Shown here: piece after piece, positions 58,621 to 64,000 of the stretch | How positions within the stretch are numbered: position 1 is the stretch's first letter | Layout of the letters: every line of letters starts with the position of its first letter | Assembly: GCA_963844035.1 (NCBI GenBank) | Contig: CAWJMT010000027.1 | Location: 1 to 64,000 of the forward strand | Direction of reading: 5' to 3' | DNA: 64,000 bases | DNA from: an uncultured Gemmatimonadales bacterium | GTDB lineage: Bacteria; Gemmatimonadota; Gemmatimonadetes; Gemmatimonadales; GWC2-71-9 | The notes under the pieces: model-generated | What the model saw: the letters and a program-made list of their open reading frames with translations, nothing else | Database searches by the model: none | Told to the model about the DNA's origin: nothing | Program-made: the position numbers and the translations under genes

Positions 58621-59079
58621 TCAGCCGGCCTCGTCCGGCGCCAGTGCGTGCACCATGTCCGCTGCGCGCTCCAGCACGCTGCGCGCGTTGTCGTACGAGA
58701 TCGTATCGACGGACCCCGCGAGCGAATGCCAGCTACAGTCGGTGATCCCCTCCTCGGCCTGGGGCACCGGCTCGCCGTGCTTCGATTCGAACAGGAAGAA
58801 ATGGCAGTACTTGTGAATCGTCTTGCCGCGAAACCGAAAATACCAGTCGATCACCTGGATCGGCCCGTGCAGGGTCAGGTCCCCGAGGCCGGTCTCCTCG
58901 ACCACCTCGCGGCGCGCGGCATCGGCGGGCGGCTCCCCCGGCTCGAGGTGCCCCTTGGGGAGCCCCCAGTTCCGGTAGGAATCGCGAATCAGCAGAAACC
59001 GCACGTCGTCCCCCTCGCGCCGGAACACGACTCCCCCGGCGCTCGTCTCCCGCTCAGCCCGTCGCTGCCGCTGTGCCAT
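58621..59079 (-). CDS. NUDIX hydrolase (Ap4A hydrolase-like)
   Basis: ETSAGGVVFR, WGLPKGHLEPGEPPADAARREVVEETGL (NUDIX box). Confidence 0.92.
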   Translation of the reverse strand: MAQRQRRAERETSAGGVVFRREGDDVRFLLIRDSYRNWGLPKGHLEPGEPPADAARREVVEETGLGDLTLHGPIQVIDWYFRFRGKTIHKYCHFFLFESKHGEPVPQAEEGITDCSWHSLAGSVDTISYDNARSVLERAADMVHALAPDEAG

Positions 59080-59081
59080 GC

Positions 59082-60089
59082 CTAGAACACGCTGAAGCTG
59101 AAGTACTTGCGCGGATTGGCCTGAATGTCCGACAGCAGCTGCCGCAGCTGGATCATCGTCAACGCCGTCTCGCGGTACAGCGTCGAATCGGATACCAGCA
59201 GCCCCAGCGTTCCGGTGCGGTTCACGATGCGCGACATCACGGTGTCGGCCGACGTGAGCACCCGCACCAGACTCTCCTGATTCTTGTGGGCCGCTTCCAT
59301 GAATTCCCGCAGGTTCTGCGAGGCGCTGCGGAGGTCCTGGCTTGACGCCGCGGAGTTGTTGAGAATCGTCGCGAGCTGGCCCTGGTTGGTGGCCGAGTCG
59401 ACTCGCCCGAGCGTGTTGGACAGATCGGTCGCAGCGCGCGCCAGCAGGTTGGACCCCTGGCGCAGGTTGGACCCCACCGACCCGAGCATTTCCGCCTGTT
59501 CGTTGGTGACGCGGAGCAGGCGGTCGGAGACCTGCCCGAAGTCGCTGATCGCGCCCCGCAGATCCATCACTGCCTGGGAGTCGAACGCCGTCTGCACGCG
59601 ATTGGCGACGGCGGCGATGTCGGTCGCGATGCGGCTCGCCTGCGCCGTCAGCTGCCCGATGTCGGGGAGCGTCGCGCCCGGCCACTTGCTCCCCGCGCCT
59701 GCGGACGCTTCCGCGATCGCCTGGCGCACGTTCGGGTCGTCGGGCAGCTGCTCCAGGGGGATCAGGGTCGCGGCCCACTCGCCGAACAGCGACGCGGAGG
59801 CGGCGATGACGACCGGTTTGGCGGGCAGCGTGACGCCGCTGTAGATCTTCATGTCCGCCTCGACCCAGTCACCCGCGGTCAGCCGGATCGCCTCCACGCG
59901 CCCCACCCGCACGCCCCGCAGCACCACCGGCGCCCCGGCGCCGAGCCCACCCATCGTGCGAAACCGGGCCGTGTAGACGGCCTCAGTCTTGCCGATGTGG
60001 GCCCCGGAGAGCCACAGGGCGCCCGCCACGATGACCGCGAACGCGACGATCACCACCACGCCGACTGTGAACTCGTTTTCGCGTTTCAT
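59082..60089 (-). CDS. MlaD/MCE family protein
   Basis: NEFTVGVVV TM, GLGAGAPVVLRGVRVGRV, GTLGLLVSDSTLY, DIQANPRKY. Confidence 0.9.
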   Translation of the reverse strand: MKRENEFTVGVVVIVAFAVIVAGALWLSGAHIGKTEAVYTARFRTMGGLGAGAPVVLRGVRVGRVEAIRLTAGDWVEADMKIYSGVTLPAKPVVIAASASLFGEWAATLIPLEQLPDDPNVRQAIAEASAGAGSKWPGATLPDIGQLTAQASRIATDIAAVANRVQTAFDSQAVMDLRGAISDFGQVSDRLLRVTNEQAEMLGSVGSNLRQGSNLLARAATDLSNTLGRVDSATNQGQLATILNNSAASSQDLRSASQNLREFMEAAHKNQESLVRVLTSADTVMSRIVNRTGTLGLLVSDSTLYRETALTMIQLRQLLSDIQANPRKYFSFSVF

Positions 60090-60814
60090 GGCGCACGTCC
60101 CTCGATGAACTGCCGGACGACCGGGTCTCGCGTCGCCTGCACTTCTGCTACGGTGCCGACCTGCCGGATCCGGCCCTCGTACAGCATGGCGATCCGGTCC
60201 CCGACCGTGTAGGCGCTGCGCATGTCGTGGGTCACCACCACGCCGGTGACGCCAAGGCGCTCGCGGGTCCGCACGATCAACCGGTCGATCACGGCCGACG
60301 TCACCGGGTCCAATCCGGTCGTGGGCTCGTCATACAGGATATAGCGCGGCCGTATGGCGATGGCGCGCGCGATCCCGACCCGTTTTCGCATCCCCCCGGA
60401 CAGCTCGGCGGGATACTGCTCACCCGCCCCCGTGAGGTCAACCATGGCCAGCGCCTCCTCCACCCGCTCGTCGATCTCCTCGTCGGTCAGACGCCGCTGG
60501 CGCAGCCCCAGGGCCACGTTGTCGGCCACCGTCATCGAATCGAACAGCGCGGCGAACTGGAACACATAGCCGATGTCGCGGCGCAGCGTCGTTCAAGGCG
60601 GCCCGCTCGAGGGTCGACACCGACACGACCGTCTACCGACAACATCTCCCTCGTCGGGCTCGAGCAGGCCCACGATATGCTTCAGCGCAACGCTCTTCCC
60701 GGTCCCGGAGTAACCGATGATCACCATCGTCTCGCCGTCCTGCACCTCGAGCGAGAGGCCCGCGAGCACCGGCTTGCCGCCGAACGCCTTGGAGAGGCCG
60801 CGAAATTCGATCAC
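60086..60814 (-). CDS. MlaF-like ABC transporter ATP-binding protein, frameshifted
   Basis: GYSGTGKS, LSGGMRKRVGIARA, LYDEPTTGLDP, VTHD. Confidence 0.93.
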
Positions 60815-61577
60815 CGCAGCAGCGTGGCCGCCCAGAAGGCGTCGAGCGTCAGAATCAGGACCGCCGAGTACACCTGGGCGCGGGTGCTGCTGCGGCCCAC
60901 GCCCTCGGCGCCACCGCGCGTCGACAGCCCCATCACGCAGCCGACCATGGTGATCGCGAACCCGAAGGTCGCACTCTTGAGCAGGCCGAACCAGGTGTCT
61001 TTGAACACGTAGAACAGCTTCAGCCCCTTCACGAACTCGGGCGTGGAGAGGTGGAGGAACGCCAGGCTCGTCATCCATCCCGTGATAATGCCGATCCACG
61101 ATGGCGAGTGCAACCACGAGCGGAAACATCGCCGTCCCGGCGAGCACGCGCGGCACAACCAGAAAGCTCTGCGGGTCGTATGCCAGGGTCTCGAGTGCGT
61201 CCACTTGCTCGGTGACCTTCATCGTCCCGAGTTCGGCGGCCATGCTCGCTCCCACGCGCCCGGCGAGCGCCAAGCCCACCAGCATCGGGCCCAGCTCGAG
61301 CATCATGCTCTTGCCGACGAGCGTCCCAACGAGATACAGCGGGAACGGTACCGTTGAAGGTGTAGGAGGCCTGCAGCGCGAGGATGACGCCGGTGAACGC
61401 GGCGATGAACAGCGCGACCGGAAGCGAGTCCACGCCGATGCGGCGCATCTGCACGAAGAGCAGACGACCCCACGTGGCGACATCCGGCACGGCGCGCGCC
61501 ATGTCGGCCATGAAATGACCCCAGCGACCGGCATCCTCGACGAGGTTGACGGCCTTGCGGCCGATACGCTCGATCAC
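60811..61577 (-). CDS. MlaE-like ABC permease, frameshifted
   Basis: IGVDSLP, ELGPML, AGRVGASMAAELGTMKVTEQVDALE, GAEGVGRS. Confidence 0.92.
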
Positions 61578-61707
61578 GGGGGTTAAGCTAACGTCGCTAA
61601 GTACGCTAAGACGTAGCGACGCTATGTCGCAAGAAAAAGACGAGGTGGCCGGGACCTGCACCGACCATCCTGGCAACCTGCAACTTACCGTCGTAGCGCT
61701 TAGCGTC

Positions 61708-62694
61708 TTACGCTGCAAAACTCGCCAGCGCCTTCCCCACATCGCCATCCCGCAGGCGCTTGAGCGCGCGATCCCGCAGCTGCCGCACGCGCTCACGCGT
61801 TACGCCGAGCATGCCGCCGATTTCCTCGAGCGTGTGCTCGCGGCCGCCGTCCAGGCCGAAGTAGAGGCGCAACACCTTGGCATCGCGCCGCTGCAGCGTG
61901 TTCAGCGCCGACTCGACCTCGTCGGACAGGAACCGGTCCATCGCCTGGTCTTCCGTATCCGGGAGGTCCTCGGCGATGAAGCGCTCGATCAGCGACCGGT
62001 CGCCGTCCGGATCGAGCGGGGCGTCCAGCCGCACGTCGCCCGTGTTGAGGGCCGCGAGCGACTGCACCACCTCGAGCGACAACTTGGTGGCATCGGCGAT
62101 CTCTTCCGGCGTGGGCTCGCGCCGCATCGTCTGCCGCAGGTACTCGGCCGTCCGCACGATGCGCGACAGGTCGGCGGTGCGGTTGAGGGGTACGCGCACC
62201 GTTCGGCCCTGACGCGCCAGCGCCGCCAGGATCGCCTGACGGATCCACCACACAGCGTAGGAGATGAACTTCACGCCCTGATCGGGATCGAACTTCCGCG
62301 CCGCCGTGAGCAGTCCCACGTTCCCCTCGCCGATCAGATCGGTGAGCGGGAGGCCGCGGTTCTGGTATTTCTTGGCGACCGAAATGACGAAGCGCAGGTT
62401 GCGCTTCACCAGCTCCTGCATCGCCTCCTGATCGCCGGCGCGCACCTTCCGCGCGAGCGCGATCTCCTCCTTCTGCGTGAGCAGAGGGGTCTTGGAGACT
62501 TCGTGCAGGTACTGGTCGAGAATGTCGCGCTCGTGTTCGTGGTGGCCCAGACCGGACATCAGGCCGCGCCGGCGACCGCGCTTTCTGCCAGGCTTGGGCT
62601 TAGCCGCGGGCGCCGCCGGTGGTACGACGGTCGCCGCTCGGGGCTTCGCCCGGGAGGCAGGGGCAGTCTTGGTGCGGCGGGTGGCCTTGGGCAT
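61708..62694 (-). CDS. RNA polymerase sigma factor, RpoD/SigA family (no region 1.1)
   Basis: YLHEVSKTPLLT, NLRFVISVAKKY, DLIGEGNVGL, KFISYAVWWIRQ, TLEEIG..VTRERVRQ. Confidence 0.95.
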   Translation of the reverse strand: MPKATRRTKTAPASRAKPRAATVVPPAAPAAKPKPGRKRGRRRGLMSGLGHHEHERDILDQYLHEVSKTPLLTQKEEIALARKVRAGDQEAMQELVKRNLRFVISVAKKYQNRGLPLTDLIGEGNVGLLTAARKFDPDQGVKFISYAVWWIRQAILAALARQGRTVRVPLNRTADLSRIVRTAEYLRQTMRREPTPEEIADATKLSLEVVQSLAALNTGDVRLDAPLDPDGDRSLIERFIAEDLPDTEDQAMDRFLSDEVESALNTLQRRDAKVLRLYFGLDGGREHTLEEIGGMLGVTRERVRQLRDRALKRLRDGDVGKALASFAA

Positions 62695-62776
62695 GTCCCT
62701 CTTATCTGGTCTGGCGTGAGAATTCCCCCCTGATACCACCGACGGGGGTAAAAGTTCATCGCGAGCGGAAAATCGC

Positions 62777-62805
62777 TTGACACTGCTACAACGCCCCGAT
62801 ATGAT
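62777..62805 (+). promoter_or_regulatory. Near-consensus sigma70 promoter of the tRNA cluster
   Basis: TTGACA-17 nt-TATGAT. Confidence 0.8.
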
Positions 62806-62851
62806 GCCGTGTTCCAGTCGGATAGGCATCCGAGGGGGCGGCTAATATAAC

Positions 62852-62924
62852 GGGGGCGTAGCTCAGTTGGGAGAGCGCGTGAATGGCATTCACGAGGTCA
62901 GGGGTTCGATCCCCCTCGCCTCCA
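62852..62924 (+). tRNA. tRNA-Ala (GGC)
   Basis: Cloverleaf, G3:U70, anticodon arm CGTGA-ATGGCAT-TCACG, TTCGA. Confidence 0.96.
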
Positions 62925-63013
62925 TTGGGGGGCGGGCCGGGTGAAGTCGCAAAATGGGCCGGGCCGGGCTGTGGTAGATAGAACCCCACGGAGCCGTTAC
63001 ATTTGCGACGCAC

Positions 63014-63086
63014 GCGGGAATAGCTCAGTTGGTAGAGCACAACCTTGCCAAGGTTGGGGTCGCGGGTTCGAGTCCCGTTTCCCGCT
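63014..63086 (+). tRNA. tRNA-Gly (GCC)
   Basis: GCGGGAATAGCTCAG, anticodon loop TTGCCAA, GGTTCGAGTCCC. Confidence 0.96.
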
Positions 63087-63092
63087 CTGAGA

Positions 63093-63197
63093 GGCGGTTA
63101 GACGGGTGGTAGGCTGACGGTTAGGCGGTTAGACGGTTAGGAACGACGGGCGAAGGCGTGGGTCTCTCTAACCGCCTAACCGTCCAATCCCTAACCG
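63093..63197. repeat. Inverted GCGGTTAG/ACGGTTAG octamer arrays in tRNA spacer
   Basis: GGCGGTTAGACGG...ACGGTTAGGCGGTTAGACGGTTAG ... CTAACCGCCTAACCGTC..CTAACCG. Confidence 0.85.
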
Positions 63198-63209
63198 ACT
63201 AATAGGCGA

Positions 63210-63283
63210 CGCGGGGTGGAGCAGTCTGGTAGCTCGCCGGGCTCATAACCCGGAGGTCGTGGGTTCAAATCCCACCCCCGCTA
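63210..63283 (+). tRNA. tRNA-fMet (CAT), initiator-type
   Basis: C1:72 mismatch, GGG/CCC anticodon stem, loop CTCATAA. Confidence 0.93.
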
Positions 63284-63349
63284 TTGAGGCGGAGGGATGC
63301 AGGCGGAATGCCGACGGAGCTATTCCGCATCGCGATTCCGCCTTCTCTC

Positions 63350-63423
<74 letters not shown>

Positions 63424-63655
63424 CCTATCCGAGAGAGGGTTGAGACGGACAGGGTACAGGTCGCGGGACCGGCAACAGCTAGACGCACAGACGGGTAGCG
63501 GGTTAACAGGGTGCAGGAGCGAGGAAGGCCCAGCGTCGCTTTTCCCAGTCCCGTGACACTACAACCATCTGTCCGTCTACACGTCTAGTCTTTGCTCTTC
63601 CTGTCCACGGCGACTGCGAACCTGTAGACTGATTCCCAGTTAGTGTTCGAGGCGG

Positions 63656-63729
63656 GCGCCCATAGCTCAACTGGATAGAGCGTTTGGCTACGGACCAAAA
63701 GGCTGGGGGTTCGACTCCCTCTGGGCGCA
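63656..63729 (+). tRNA. tRNA-Arg (ACG)
   Basis: Anticodon arm TTTGG-CTACGGA-CCAAA. Confidence 0.95.
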
Positions 63730-63937
63730 CTAAATGCCTGCACGGAAGAAGGACGAAGGTGGTCGGTGGTGGGGAGTAGGAAAGGCAAAGCTAGACGTAT
63801 AGACGTCTAGGGGTGAACAGTGTGAAGTGAATGGGAAGGCTTCCCACTCACTCGCGACTATTCACCGCTGTCCGTCTGTACGTCTAGGATGGCAGGTCCT
63901 GGTTTACTGTTCACCGTAAACTGTTCGTAGGTTTTTC

Positions 63938-64000
63938 CGGGGCGTAGCGCAGCCCGGTTAGCGCGCCTGGTTCGGGACCAGGAGGTCGGAGGTTCAAATC
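63938..64000 (+). tRNA. tRNA-Pro (CGG), truncated by window end
   Basis: CGGGGCGTAGCGCAGCCCGGTTAGCGC, anticodon arm CCTGG-TTCGGGA-CCAGG. Confidence 0.93.

Overview
High-GC bacterial window. From ~2.6 kb onward it looks like a Gemmatimonadota-type diderm; this is inferred from the gene families and repeat style and was not searched. Many single-base frameshifts break even essential genes (metG, atpA, atpG, hisIE), which points to uncorrected long-read errors rather than pseudogenes. Left to right: (1) a leucine-degradation fragment (ghrA-like reductase, methylcrotonyl-CoA carboxylase alpha) joined abruptly at ~2595 to a truncated kinase gene, probably a chimeric join; (2) membrane-anchored Ser/Thr kinases; (3) a putative polyphosphate/phosphate locus: DUF4956, Ser/Thr kinase and a CYTH+NUDIX-like+PPK1 fusion, convergent with a YjiK/SdiA-regulated lipoprotein, an atypical-kinase+Omp85 barrel fusion and a metallophosphoesterase; (4) accessory genes (DUF4197, ArsR-SRPBCC, DUF3943, DUF1801, PhnB-like) around ppdK; (5) M20 peptidase, TPR protein, gdhA and a four-helix-bundle gene bracketed by inverted octamer tandem repeats; (6) an operon of antiporter, two HEFQH metalloprotease lipoproteins, a PorV-like barrel and an aminopeptidase; (7) core genes hisIE-dnaE-accA-metG, M23, lemA/TPM, dsbA-like, waaA, an OMP cluster, atpAGDC, mlaEFD and a sigma70-family factor; (8) six tRNAs. 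Best candidates for undescribed biology are the polyP/kinase-Omp85 locus and a family of stop-codon-anchored 7-8-mer inverted tandem repeats, one pair of which encloses a four-helix-bundle gene.
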